DNA of 63,571 bases, filler included, from Octopus bimaculoides (taxonomy: Eukaryota), in NCBI RefSeq assembly GCF_001194135.2. It is 7 parts of 7 records of this genome, joined end to end, with 100 filler letters (N's around TTAATTAATTAA, not from the genome) between each part and the next. Parts side by side here need not be neighbours in the genome. Positions count along the whole stretch, not along the records: positions 34,039 to 43,728 come from NC_068989.1; positions 43,829 to 53,926 come from NC_069004.1; 5 more parts are not named here. One strand, 5' to 3'. Made by a program: the position numbers and the translations under genes. This document shows, one piece after another, positions 35,932 to 48,990 of this stretch. Under the pieces are notes generated by a model. It was not told the origin of the DNA. It ran no database searches and saw only the letters and a program-made list of their open reading frames with translations. Within the stretch, counting starts at the first letter, position 1. Every line of letters starts with the position of its first letter.

Positions 35932-36905
35932 ATTTAGAGCATCTAAATATTGTTTTTGTTGTTCTTGGGGAAGGGGATGTTTTTACCTTGTACAATCTTA
36001 ATTGTGAATCTTGCCATGAACGAACGTTTTTGCTTGTCATTATTCTGTACCACTGTCTTAAACTATGAGTCGTGGAAAATTATATCAAAATATCTTTGCA
36101 TCGTTTATTTTGAGCATTTTATCTCTTTACAAAAAAACAATATGTATTTAACATATACATACCAAAATTATAATTTACAAAATATAAATACTTATAAATA
36201 CGAACAAACAAGAATGGAATAACAACAGTTTCACAAAATACATTTGTTCTGTTACAGCTCGGTTTTTACTTCACATTCTACAGTGAGCCACGATTCTAAT
36301 GGCCGCTATATATTTCATATACACATTTGTCAGTAGTACAACTTGGCATTTACACAAAGATATTTCTATATTTTGTTATTAATACTCACTTTTGTAAATT
36401 TAGTGCAATGAAGTTTAGATTTTGTAATGATTTGTGGTGTATTTGGTATTGTGCGTCACGATGCTTGGCACTATGTGGCTTACGTTCTTTCGTTGTTTTA
36501 ACATTCTAAGGGGACGAAGAGTTTTATCAATGATGTAACAGCTATATGTGCTGACAGCCATTTTTTAATACTCGATCTGGAAGTATATGTATACATATAC
36601 GCATATGCGGGTACGTGTGTGTCTGTGTGAGCGTTTGTGTGAGTGTGTACATATATTCCCACATATATTTATATACATATACATATATATATATGCATAT
36701 AAAAGTATACATACATACATTATGTATATAAATATATATATTATACACACACACATATATATATGTATATATGGATATATGTAATATATGCGTGTGTTTG
36801 TATATATATATATATATATATATATACTTTATTTAAAAGCAGCAGAAATATAACAAAAACTGTTACTTCCCTTCCACCTTGTTGCACATTTATGTGCTTA
36901 CTCCG

Positions 36906-36984
<79 letters not shown>

Positions 36985-36985
<1 letters not shown>

Positions 36986-37978
36986 TGACCGGTAAATTCC
37001 ACCGCAGTAAATGCCACCACGGAAAATTCCACCAGGTAAATTTCACCATAGGTAAATTCCACCACGGTATTTTCCACCATAGTAAATTATTATATGGGTT
37101 ACGATATTATGGAAATAAAACGAATGCATAAAAAAGAATATCAATAATATCAATGAATACAAAAAATACGAGGGAGAAAAATAATTAAGGAAAAATCACA
37201 CAAAGAAATACACGGTGAATACCTGAATGAGGATCAGTGTCAAAAAGAGTCTCATTGAAATTTATAAAACAAAGCAAATACTCAATGATAGATAAAAAAT
37301 ATTATACAGTATTTACAAGAGAAAAACAACTACTAAGGAAGAAAAAAAGGCATGCAGGTATTGTAAAAAAAAAAAAAAGGAAATATCGAACATATGGCAA
37401 TACAATGTGAAAAAATAGCACACACGAAATATAAAGAGAGACACGATGAGACAACCAATATAATGTTTGCGAACTTACTGCAGCAATATAACTTACCAAA
37501 GAAAAAAAATCAGAAACGTGCAAATATTAAAGCTAACAACGAGTGAAAAGGTTAAGATTTTTGTAGATAGTTCAGGTATAACACCAAACCATATAGAAAA
37601 CCCATTATTACAATATTTGACCACAAAAGAAAAACAGTAATAATCGAAATTGGAAAAGCATCGACAAAAAAACTGAACGAAATCGAAACGAGTAATTTCT
37701 GCTATCCCACATTCAGAATCTCTTTTTCTATGTCTCTCTTCTTAAGACTTGAGAGATAGACAGATTAAATAACATAGGTATTAACCTACGGTCTAGAGAA
37801 ACTGACCACGGTGATTATTAGCAAGAGCAACTTGTATTGGAAGTCTATCCATGGGTGGAATTTACCATGGTGGAATATACCGTGGCGGAATTTACCTATG
37901 GTGAAATTTAGTTGGTGGAATTTTCCGTGGTGGAATTTACTTGGTGAAATTTTCCGCGGTTGAATTTACCTAGAATCA
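36985..37978. mobile_element. Non-autonomous foldback-type DNA element with 15-bp subterminal repeats (MULE-like, unclassified)
   Basis: GGTAAATTCCACC.. repeated about 7 times at 36991-37085 and in inverted orientation about 8 times at 37852-37970. Confidence 0.7.
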
Positions 37979-38020
37979 NNNNNNNNNNNNNNNNNNNNNN
38001 NNNNNNNNNNNNNNNNNNNN

Positions 38021-38068
<48 letters not shown>

Positions 38069-38519
38069 ATATACATATATATACATATATATATATGTAT
38101 GCATGTATGTATGTATAGGCAGTGAGTTATGTCGCAATAGTAGGTGCTTGGTGAGATCGTTTGTGTGTAATTTACACGTAAGATCAATAAAGATATAAAA
38201 ATGCAATTTTCCATTTTCCAAAGTAAATTCATATCAAATAAAATTAATTAAATACAAATGCAAAAAAAAATTCAATGAGTTAATTTTAATTTATGATACA
38301 TTTTATGCATTTATTTTCTATTATACAATTTTATCATTTAGATATTATTATTACTCAATTTAAATTCGTCAATTATTGTATTAAACTATTTTTTGCAGTT
38401 AATTTCAAAGTTTTACTTAATTGTTTTATTACACAACAACTTAAAATACCTGTTCGATTTCAAATACCTGCTAAATTAAAAATACTTGCTCATGAAAAAA
38501 CTTGTCAATGAACTCAGCA

Positions 38520-39620
38520 GAAATCAATGCGGATGTTATACTTCTTGTATTACAAATGCAGTTCAGTTGTTGATTTTTTTTTCAGTTATTTTTATGAATA
38601 TATTGTCGATATGAACGTTTTGCTGATTATAATACGGATGTAAAACAGGGGAAAGTGTTTTCTTCAAAGTAAATTCATTTATAGATAAAAGAATTGGAAC
38701 TGGAATAGATTAACTGTGTTGGTGCAGTAGCAGTAAGAAAAAATTACAGGATTAAATCATCAGGTAATGCATCTATTACATTCATCCACTGCATGGTTCA
38801 TGGAGAGGTATATGCTTTGAAATAACTTTTTGAGGTGGTAATTGGAGAAACAGTCAAAAATTATCAACTTCATTAAAAGTCACGCATTGTATGGTCCCTC
38901 TTCTGTTCATAAATCTATAGCAGAATGTGAGATTTGAGTTCAGCAAACTTTCATTGCATAAGGAAGTGAAATTTTTGTCAAGAAGAGGAACTCTGGGGCA
39001 ACTAGTAAACCTTCAAAATTAATGTAATATTGTACTTATCAAAAAAAAAGTGCAAATCTTGCTGAATTGTTTCATTATGAAAATTAGCTTTGCAAGTTAT
39101 GTTATTTGTCGGAGATATTTGAGGAACTTGATGAATTTAATATGTCTCTATAATAGGAAAACACAAACATCTTCACATGAAGTGTTCAAGGGAAAAAAAG
39201 ATAAACCTATTGAAACATACTGTACAAAATGATAAATTTGAAATGCTTTCTTCTATTAATGATTTCGTTGTGAATTTAATCTGTCTTTTAACTCGTTCAA
39301 GCAGTTCATAACTGAGTATTTGCTATGAACCGAAAATCAATTCAGCAAATAATCTTCTAAGCGATATTGACAACGGTATAAATCAAATTCAGTCCAAATT
39401 CTATTCATTGTAGCAATGAAACAGGTGGAATATCTTTCTTTCAAGGCACAAGAAGACTTTACAAACTTGAATTTTTTAAATCAAACTTCAAAGTTTTCGG
39501 GGGTTGAATGTGAAATCAAAATTATCAATACTGACTGAATTAGTGATGGCAGCTCTCCTACAGTTTCCTTCCACATTTATTTGAATCTGAATTTTCATCT
39601 TTCACGGTATTAAAGATAAA
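38520..39620 (+). mobile_element. hAT (Buster/Charlie-like) transposase remnant
   Basis: Fragments IHCMVHGE.YAL, IINFIKSHAL and LH.EV..LSR.G in broken frames. Confidence 0.65.
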
Positions 39621-39759
39621 ATACTGCTCAAATGTTGTTGTTTCATCACTTTGTTTCTTATTTGCTAAGTTTTGGTATGTTGTTATTGTGTTTTTGCTTA
39701 ATATAATCATATACAGGTTATATTTTTTATTACCATCAGATTTTTATAGCACCCAAAGA

Positions 39760-40005
39760 GAATCACAAGAACATTCCAATAAAAACACCAGTCCAGTGTA
39801 AACGCAAGGATCCTGATATTGTACTATTAAACAGAGTTGGACAAAGATATTATGCACTATTGTAGAGGTCAGCTACTCAGTGGATGTGAGTTCCTTGGCT
39901 AAAGTTGTGATAAAAGACATCTATGGTAAACTAATACGGAACTTAGAACTCTAGCATCTTAGTTATAAATTTTCAGTTGTACTCCATATCATAGTAAAAA
40001 TGAGC
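39760..40005 (+). mobile_element. R4/Dong-like endonuclease remnant
   Basis: IPIKTPVQCKRKDPDIVLL...IVEVS...D...K...YGKLIRNL. Confidence 0.55.
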
Positions 40006-40010
40006 TACGT

Positions 40011-40420
40011 ACCGTAAATCCTCGAGTATAATCCGCATTTTTTTCCCAAAATTTAAAGGTCAAAATCCCTAGTGTGTACTATATACGAGGTTAAAAATGA
40101 AAAATATTTTCTAAGCAATGTCCGAGAATCTATTTGCTGTCCCACAATGTTTATTCAGACGCATTTTGTGATGTCGGGCGCGAAAATACTTTAAGCTAAT
40201 ACCTTAAGCTATATTTATTTTTCACTGACGTTATTATTGTTATTTCTTTATTTTCTGCAAACAAAGTGCACAAAAAAGCTACACATTTGCATTATGTTAT
40301 ATATACAATAATAATAAGGACGTTACCGTATATATGTTTACAAACCAAAGACGTTATATAGACCTCTTTGACTCAAGTTAGAGAAGGGGTGCGTATTATA
40401 CACAAGGTTTAGGTTTTTCA
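40011..40420. mobile_element. pogo/Tc2-type MITE
   Basis: Begins TA|CCGTAAATCCTCGAGTATAATCCGCA; the distal end has the inverted GCGTATTATACACAAGG and then meets a gap. Confidence 0.55.
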
Positions 40421-41479
40421 GNNNNNNNNNNNNNNNNNNNNNNNNNNNNNNNNNNNNNNNNNNNNNNNNNNNNNNNNNNNNNNNNNNNNNNNNNNNNNNN
40501 NNNNNNNNNNNNNNNNNNNNNNNNNNNNNNNNNNNNNNNNNNNNNNNNNNNNNNNNNNNNNNNNNNNNNNNNNNNNNNNNNNNNNNNNNNNNNNNNNNNN
40601 NNNNNNNNNNNNNNNNNNNNNNNNNNNNNNNNNNNNNNNNNNNNNNNNNNNNNNNNNNNNNNNNNNNNNNNNNNNNNNNNNNNNNNNNNNNNNNNNNNNN
40701 NNNNNNNNNNNNNNNNNNNNNNNNNNNNNNNNNNNNNNNNNNNNNNNNNNNNNNNNNNNNNNNNNNNNNNNNNNNNNNNNNNNNNNNNNNNNNNNNNNNN
40801 NNNNNNNNNNNNNNNNNNNNNNNNNNNNNNNNNNNNNNNNNNNNNNNNNNNNNNNNNNNNNNNNNNNNNNNNNNNNNNNNNNNNNNNNNNNNNNNNNNNN
40901 NNNNNNNNNNNNNNNNNNNNNNNNNNNNNNNNNNNNNNNNNNNNNNNNNNNNNNNNNNNNNNNNNNNNNNNNNNNNNNNNNNNNNNNNNNNNNNNNNNNN
41001 NNNNNNNNNNNNNNNNNNNNNNNNNNNNNNNNNNNNNNNNNNNNNNNNNNNNNNNNNNNNNGCAGACTGACAGGTATATATACATGCAGACATACACACA
41101 TACATAAATATATAAATTGGCTTCAGTTATGCGAAAGACCTAAACCTCCAAAAGATACATTCATATACAGATTCATACAGACATACACACGTACATACAC
41201 ATACATAAATATATACATACACACATACCTAAATACATACATGCATAAATGCATAAATACATACATACACACACAAACAAACATACATATATGCATACAT
41301 ACATACATGCATACATACATACATACATACATACATACATACATACATAATACATACATACATACATACATAACTCGACTGGCCGCCTCCCCAAAAATTT
41401 CGGGTTTTGTGCCTAGAGTAGAAAAGAACTATCAGCCTTGTCAAATAACTGGTTAATCTTCAGATGAATTAACTGAGGG

Positions 41480-42010
41480 AGCCTTTTATTCACGATCGGA
41501 GTGCATTTCGACTGAAACTTGAATTTAGCATGCAGAGAATTACTATAAACAACATGGCTGGAAACAACATCAGCAACAACACGACCAAGGGACTGCTCAG
41601 CAGCTCAACAGGTTAACAAATTTTTTGCTAGATGTAGTTATAGAAGAAACCGTAATTGCAAAATTCATTTCTCTTGGAATTATGAATTGAATACTGATCT
41701 ATTTAACTGCTACAGCAAAGCGAAACAAAACGCCGCTGTTCGCTATATGAATCGATTGAAATCATATTGAGGCGATCTACATCCAGAATTAAATCATTTT
41801 ACTGTGAAGCAACTGCGCCAACAAGCAACATTTGTATAACATAGGAAGAAGGTTAGTAACTGTAACTTTGTTAAAAAATCAAAAATTAACCTTCTTCCAA
41901 ACTCTATAAACAAAAACGAAAACGTGAATGATGTAAGACCGACACGTGGTTTCGCAGCTGGCGACATTCCAACAGATTCCATAGTGGCTGCCAGCCAAAC
42001 TACATTACGG
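41480..42010 (+). mobile_element. R4/Dong-like element, N-terminal region remnant
   Basis: ELNTDLFNCYSKAK...YMNRLKSY*GDLHPELNHFTVKQLRQQATFV. Confidence 0.55.
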
Positions 42011-42020
42011 GCTCAAGTAC

Positions 42021-42900
42021 CGTATATATTCGACTATAAAATGCCCTCACTTATAAGATGCACCCCCGACTTATAAGGTTCAACTCGGGAATTTTATCAT
42101 TGACCTGACTATAAATCGCAGCGACTTTTTTGATGCTGAAGAGCAAAGTTCATTTAGGAATCGCGCCGACATAGTTGTTGTTCGGTAACCGAGCTTTCAG
42201 CAAGCTGAAGGTGACTTACAACAACTGTTATCCCATTAAGTCCATGCATTTTAGGAACCGTTGTTTATAATGTAAAATTGTACCCATGATAACGCTAGTT
42301 GACTTGTTTATCGTATTGAGACTTAATTGCCTCGATACTTTCCCTATACATTTTGATTTATGCCTTTCATTATTAGGACACTTTTGAAGCAACTGATACA
42401 CAAAACAATGTAGTCATACGTGCTATGATTGGAAAAAATACAATAAGCTGTTTTAAATTGTAAGGACAAAAATCGGAAGAATAGATGAAAGAAGAATCGA
42501 ATTATATTAATCATCACTTTCATCATCACTTTCACCAAATAACTGGTAAAACTCCTTGGTTGTGATGGTCTCGTCATATACACCCTGATCCTCGTCTTCA
42601 CTTGTCTGATCATCATTAATTGATGAAGCACTGAGGTTAACATTTCTTGCACAGATGAAATCATTATATTGCTCGTCGTCTCCGTACTGTCCATGGAATT
42701 TGAGATCCAGCACTTCAAAAATGATTTCATTACAAGTTCACTCAGTATTTCAGCCCGTGAATCTATTACCCACTGGCAAAGAGTCTTAAGATCATGGCGT
42801 TTAAAGTTCCCAGCCTTTGTCATTTTCTTGTCACCATTAATCATCCATTCATTCCACTGGGCACACATATTCACCTTAAAAAGCTTGTTCATTTAAATAT
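42021..42900 (-). mobile_element. pogo-family transposon, 3' part (DDE_1 C-terminus, acidic tail, terminal repeat)
   Basis: MNKLFKVNMCAQWNEWMING..KMTKAGNFKR.DL.TLCQWV.DS.AEI..ELV.KSFLKC.ISNSMD; TA|CCGTATATATTCGACTATAAAATGCCC terminus at 42021. Confidence 0.8.
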
Positions 42901-43014
42901 GTATGAACTTGTCTAAATATGCAACTATACGCATGAGAATACATACATAAAGCACAGAAATCTGCACATACATACATACATACATACATACATACATACA
43001 TACATACATACATA

Positions 43015-43125
43015 CATGCCCTGTTGTTGATGGTGAAATTCCAATGAAAGAGCCTTGGATCTAGGTTAGAAACCGGTTCTTTCTCTATTGGAAAGAAATC
43101 TTGAATTAAACTGAATAATGACATA
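43015..43125 (+). repeat. Second copy of the hammerhead-like short element
   Basis: GAAATT-CCAATGA-AAGAGCCT tggatct AGGTTA-GAAA-CCGG-TTC-TTTC, flanked by (TACA)n. Confidence 0.75.
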
Positions 43126-45049
43126 CATAATTGTGCATGCACATATATATGCATATACCAACTAATTCAGTTAAGCTCAAATCCCCAAGTGATGTCTTCA
43201 CTTAAAGGAACTATGTCACTTTGTCAGTGACCAGCTTGAATTCTGCAAAGGATAAAACTTAATAAATCACAAATATATATGGATATGTATAAATACACAC
43301 ACACACGCACAACACACACACATATGTATGTGTGTGTGTGTATGTATGAATGTTTGTATGTATGTGTGTATATGTATATGTGTATGTATGTATATGTGCA
43401 TGAATGTATATATGTATGTGTATGTGTGTAGGTATATATTTATGCATGTATGAATGTATATATGTATGTATTATTGTATTCATGCATGTGAGTATGCGTT
43501 CCAATGTCTGTGTCTGTGTTTGTCTGTACCGACGTAAGCTAGAGTATCAAAAACGTAACTTAGATATATGCATACATACGTACATATATGCATAAATACA
43601 TGCATACACGGATACATATACACTCATGCATATATGCATACAGACACACATACGTACAAAATATAGACAGTCACATGTACATAGGGAATACACAAGCACA
43701 CGTACACACACAAACGGTTATAAAGCACNNNNNNNNNNNNNNNNNNNNNNNNNNNNNNNNNNNNNNNNNNNNTTAATTAATTAANNNNNNNNNNNNNNNN
43801 NNNNNNNNNNNNNNNNNNNNNNNNNNNNGTGATTATTTTTGGGAGAAAACATATTTGTTCACGTTGCCTACAAACAGAGAAATGGCTTCGAACATTCCAG
43901 GCCACGCCTCCAACACCCACAAAGGACATTGATAAAGAACAAGTTAACACTTTTCAGAAACAGAGAACAAAACAAAAAGAAACAAAAAAAAAGAATACAA
44001 AAACAAGAGAATAATAATTTAATTACGCAAAAAAATATTAATGTCGACCTCGAATATTAATATTCTAAGAACCAGTGGAAAATGTTTGCAACAACAAAAA
44101 CAGCAGCAGTACTGTCGCCTTCACGTACGCTTTGTCAAACGAAAATATTTTTGCTGTTTCGCACAATAACAACACTTGCTTAATTTTTAATACAATACGG
44201 AACGTTGGAATGTGAAACTTTATCCTGAAAAGGAGTCAATACAGGCAAGATGCGTTTGTTAAAACAGCTTGTCTTTGTTTGACGATTGTATAAAAGATGG
44301 AAATGGCGCTGATCATTGTTTCAAATGACTAAAATAAGTAAGCGAAAATATGTCTCGTAAAAAAATGCAGGCTTTCAAATTTCGTTGAAAGAATAACTGA
44401 AAGAAGCCTACGTCATGTGTCTTGAGAGAAATGGTCTCTTTTGAATCGAGACAGAAAGTATGGTTCCGCTTGTGTCGTATTGAATACCCAAATTGTAAAC
44501 CAGATATAGGCTGGAATATTACCATCCCGTATTTCTGTGCGCAAATATTTGAGGACAGATACAAAATGTCAAAGGTCAGGGATATTGGTTACAATATTCA
44601 TCCCTAGGTTGCTGTAACTTTTGTATTGTCGTATGACCGGATACTCAGTGTAGGAGTGACAAAGAGTAGCATGTTATCGAAAGAAATCAGAGTGCACTAA
44701 TGACCTTCGAAAAACACAAGGCCACACCAGAAGTGTAGCATAAACACACATAAACACCGAGTGAGAGAGATTGAGAGAGAGAGAGGGGGGGAAGAGAGAG
44801 AAGAAGAGAAGGAGAGAAAGAAAGGGGGAGGAGAGTACGAGAGAGACATCAAAACGTCTGATGTCAATTAAGTCAGCGTTGAATCTGCGTGGCCAAAAAG
44901 GCGAGGCATAAAGGCATGCATCAAAGCGGCAATGCCAAAACATCTCCCATCACTTTACGTGATTTGTTCTTTATGGATGCCATAAACTTTTGAAAAGCCC
45001 GAATAAGTGATCAATTTATTTCTTAATACAATAAAAGTGTCTTATAGTA

Positions 45050-46412
45050 ATATTGGAATGGAAAGTGGTATATTAAAATGGGCGATTTTTAACCAAGAAG
45101 AGTGAAAAGAAATCCCATTTTAATGGAATAATCTTATAGGAAGAACACATTTTATAATCTGACGGCCATGAATGAAAGAATCTAGAAATACTGGAACTTG
45201 ATATTGTGTATGAGAAAATGAAGGAGAAAAAATGGAAACTATATATATGTGAAAAGATTAAGTTGAGAACTGAAGCGTAAACATAATTGAAAGAATTCAA
45301 TAAAAATAATCACAATGTAGGTGGTGGTCATTGTGGGTTGTATTGCATTGGACCAAAGATGAAATAGATGCATTAAGCAGAAAGATGAGAAGACCGGTAA
45401 CTGTGCATCAAGCATTTCATGTAAAGATCAATGTCAGACGATTGTACAGGAAATGAAAGACTGGAAGGAGAGAACCTAGCATTTCTAATTGTGTGAATGG
45501 AGAACAAAGGTTAGTAAAGCAGTAAGCTTGTGAAGAATTAACTACTCAAAATATTCTGTTATGGAATTAAGACTTAGTTGTGTTGAATTTGAAGAGAGAT
45601 GAACGCAGGCAAATTCAGGATAGTTTGTAAAAGAAAGGTAACAGCAAGTGCTAGAAGAAGTGAAGCTACATAGAAATTTCCACAGAGATACCAAGGATAG
45701 ACATAAACCACCACCGGTCATGGAAATAGCTCAGGGGAAGAGATTTAAAGGGAGAAACGATGAGTTTGTTGGTAGCTGCTCAAGACCAAGTTCTAAACAT
45801 CAATTCATTTTAACGAACAAGTGTCGCCTACACTATCAGCTCTTGGAAGGTATTGGTCATTCGATTGCAGGTTGCAAAATGTTAGTTCATAAAGAATACA
45901 AACGACGTCGTGATACGGTCAGTTTGAACTCACGACTCTTTCTAGAATAAATGTCTACAGTTCTTCAGACAATTATGGATCAGAAAAAGTTCTAAGTGAA
46001 CCTGGATTGCAGGATCTTGACATCCAGACAATCAATTGAAAACACCATAGACCGGATATCATTATTGTATGCTGGGAGGGTTATTATGCACATAATAAAC
46101 ACACGCACTGGTTCTGTTTCACTGCTTTTAATATTAGTTTCAAATTGTGGCTCAGGGTCAGCAATTTAGGGGGATGAGGTAATTCATTTACATTGATCCC
46201 AGTGCTAACTGGGCCGCACCTTCAATGCTAACTGGGCCGCACCTTCAAGGTCATGTGCTGTTTATCTTGACACGAAATCAGCACATCGCACACATATGGT
46301 TGTGATGCATATGCCTAGTGTACCCTTATTAAACGGGTAGTCATGACGGGTATATCGGGCTTCGTATATTTATACCACACTGTCACTTTGATGACATGCA
46401 TTGCTCTCTCAC
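45050..46412 (+). mobile_element. R4/Dong-clade LINE remnant ending in (AAT)n
   Basis: FHVKINVRRLYRK..GRRE, VAAQDQVL, IGHSIAGCKML...YKRR.D, HHRPDIII; the 3' UTR runs directly into (AAT)n at about 46415-46560. Confidence 0.7.
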
Positions 46413-46430
46413 TCAATAATAATCATAATC

Positions 46431-46488
<58 letters not shown>

Positions 46489-46489
46489 C

Positions 46490-46551
<62 letters not shown>

Positions 46552-46776
46552 TAATAACGACGACGACTCATGTACTGAGAAGAGCATTATCGCTGTGAAA
46601 ACAACATCTATTTATGAATTTATTTATTTATTAATTTTTTTAACATTTTTTTTTTTACGTACATATTTTACCTGTGAATTTGCTTGTGTAAACTGGGAAT
46701 GCATACAATGAGCTTTTCTGCCCTAGGTGTACGGAAAACACTCGGCGAGAAATGGAAGAAAAATAAACAACAGCAC

Positions 46777-46825
<49 letters not shown>

Positions 46826-47131
46826 GTAATAATAATAATAATAATAATAATGATAATAATGATACTGTTATCGTTTATTGCCATAGCTTTCAGCATCGAT
46901 TTTTCATCTGTAATTCTTGTCCCACTTGGCACACAGTATATTGTAAGTTATAAATCTTGCATAATATATTCAATCCTGTTCTAGCGTTCAGTAACGTTAC
47001 ATTATTCACATATTTATGGCTTCGTTGGTGTTGTTGTTGTTATTGTTGCTGATGTTACAAGTTTATGTATTTATTATAGTCTAACAGCTGCAGATTGTGT
47101 CATTGTGTCCCTGTGTATGCATTCGCGTGTG

Positions 47132-47174
<43 letters not shown>

Positions 47175-47335
47175 ATGCTTTCGCGTGTGCTTGTATGTAT
47201 GCCTTTAAGAACGAGTAAATGCATGTGTATGAACTTGCGTATGCTTACATACGTTCATGCATGCACGCACACACACACTCACACACACACATATGTATGT
47301 ATGTAAAAACGTCTGTCTATCTATCTATCTATCTA

Positions 47336-47379
<44 letters not shown>

Positions 47380-47380
<1 letters not shown>

Positions 47381-47670
47381 AGTGCAGGCGAAAAGCTTAC
47401 TGCTTAGGGTGTTGATCGCGAGATCGAGGTTTCAGTCCCTAGACCGGGTGGTGCGTTGTGTTCTTGAGCACAACACTTCATGTCATGCTACTCTTCGACA
47501 CCTGACGCGTGCTACACCGTGCACCTGTTCAGGTGAGGTCGATTTGATGGCGGGGAGTGAGCTTATGTACGGCACAAGCATTCGATCACTATGAACAAAT
47601 CATTTGTGCAGGTCGTTCGGCAAAAGGCTGAACGCTCATACGTCGTCTTCAAGACGGGACGGGAGAGTCC
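47380..47670 (+). mobile_element. tRNA-derived SINE (degraded)
   Basis: GCTTACTGCTTAGGGTGTT...GGTTTCAGTCCC head and TGCGTTGTGTTCTTGAGCACAACACTTCAT core shared with family E. Confidence 0.55.
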
Positions 47671-47684
47671 ATCTCACACACACA

Positions 47685-47753
<69 letters not shown>

Positions 47754-47809
47754 CATTATATACTTATATGATATTATATGCATAATATATGATGTATTTT
47801 ATAGAAAAA

Positions 47810-48135
47810 AGTAGCACTCCGTCGCTTACGACGATGAGGGTCCCAGCTGATACGATCAACGGAACAGCTTGCTCGTGAAATTAGAGTGCAAGTGGCTGAG
47901 TACTCCACAGACACGTGCACCCTTAACGTAGTTCTCGGGGAGATTCAGCGAGACACAGAGTGTGACAAGGCTAGCCCTTTGAAATACAGGTACCACTCAT
48001 TTTCGCCAGCTGAGTGGACTGGAGCAACGTGAAATAAAGTGTCTTGCTCAAGGACACAACGCGTTGCTGGGTATTGAACTCACAACCTTACGATCGTGAG
48101 CCAAAACCCCTAACCACTAAGCCACGCGCCTTCAC
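47810..48135 (-). mobile_element. Family E tRNA-derived SINE, full length
   Basis: Reverse complement GTGAAGGCGCGTGGCTTAGTGGTTAGG...GAGTTCAATACC...TCCTTGAGCAAGACACTTTATTTCACGTTGCTCCAGTCCACTCAGCTGG; partial copies at 10868-10975, 24040-24130 and 60840-61035. Confidence 0.8.
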
Positions 48136-48177
48136 ATATATTTTATAGGGGCTGATATATTATTGGTATATTATATG

Positions 48178-48210
<33 letters not shown>

Positions 48211-48639
48211 TTGTATGTACTTACACTTGCGTCAGTATGCAGAAGACAAGAATCTGAAAGGAAACGAAATTAGATTATTGCACACGCTCGTATCTACTCT
48301 AATGGAATATCTTAGGAAACGAAGAATTCTGAATTCCATTACAGTTTATATTGTAAATTTAATTCTGTTTTCATTTCATCTCTTAATATAATCTCGGTTG
48401 CTGATATAAATATATATTTATTTTCTAATATTTTCCGCTGTTGATAACAACCCTCTCTTTTCCTCTTACACTTGTCGAACGAAGCTCTCTTACATTCAGC
48501 CTGTCTTTGTTTTTCATAAATTACATACCATTGAAACAATCCACTGGTATTGCTACTCTCTCTTCGAATAAACACATGGATTACTTCACCCTCAAAAGGA
48601 ATTGACACAAAACATTGCAGCCCTTTGAAGTTTCCGTGT

Positions 48640-48990
48640 GTGTTTTACGAATCGTAAAGTACTCGCCAGTGATTGGAGATCTTAGAACCAGCTGACAACT
48701 TTGATGTTACCTGTACCTAAGGCAGCGAGCTGGCAAAATCATTAGAACGTCTGGCTTAAAGCTTAGCGGCATTTCGTCCGTCTTTACGTTCTGGACCAAG
48801 TTATGTTAATTTCATCTTCCTTCACTTGCTATAGTAAGACACGCAAAACCATACGATATCATTTCCAGGAGATGTCGACTCTGCTCTGAAGAATCCTTGT
48901 CTATTCTGTGGACCAATGAGAAGATCAGTAATAAAATTTCTGAAAGACTCTCAAGATGCCTACATGCATATAAATGTATTTTCGTACAAT
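48640..48990 (+). mobile_element. Penelope-like GIY-YIG C-terminal remnant split by a family A SINE fragment (48719-48810)
   Basis: ...DNFDVT [SINE] IVRHAKPYDIISRRCRLCSEESLSILWTNEKISNKISERLSRCLHAYK, matching the AKPY...C.LC..E...N...E....C.H..K motif. Confidence 0.72.

Noticed and set aside
36991-37085. Regularly spaced short repeats as a CRISPR array (also the 179-bp SINE array)
   Set aside because: No unique spacers and no cas genes; eukaryotic context; explained as transposon subterminal or SINE repeats.
46575-46612. CTGAAGA-GAGC attatc GCTGT-GAAA as a hammerhead
   Set aside because: Only a 3-bp stem II, and stems I and III do not form; at best a dead remnant.
48500-48930. Minus-strand exon pair resembling a PLAT/lipase domain (NFITDLLIGP..., GEVIHVFIRR...)
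   Set aside because: The plus strand gives a much better match to the PLE GIY-YIG C-terminus, and one acceptor would be a weak GAG.
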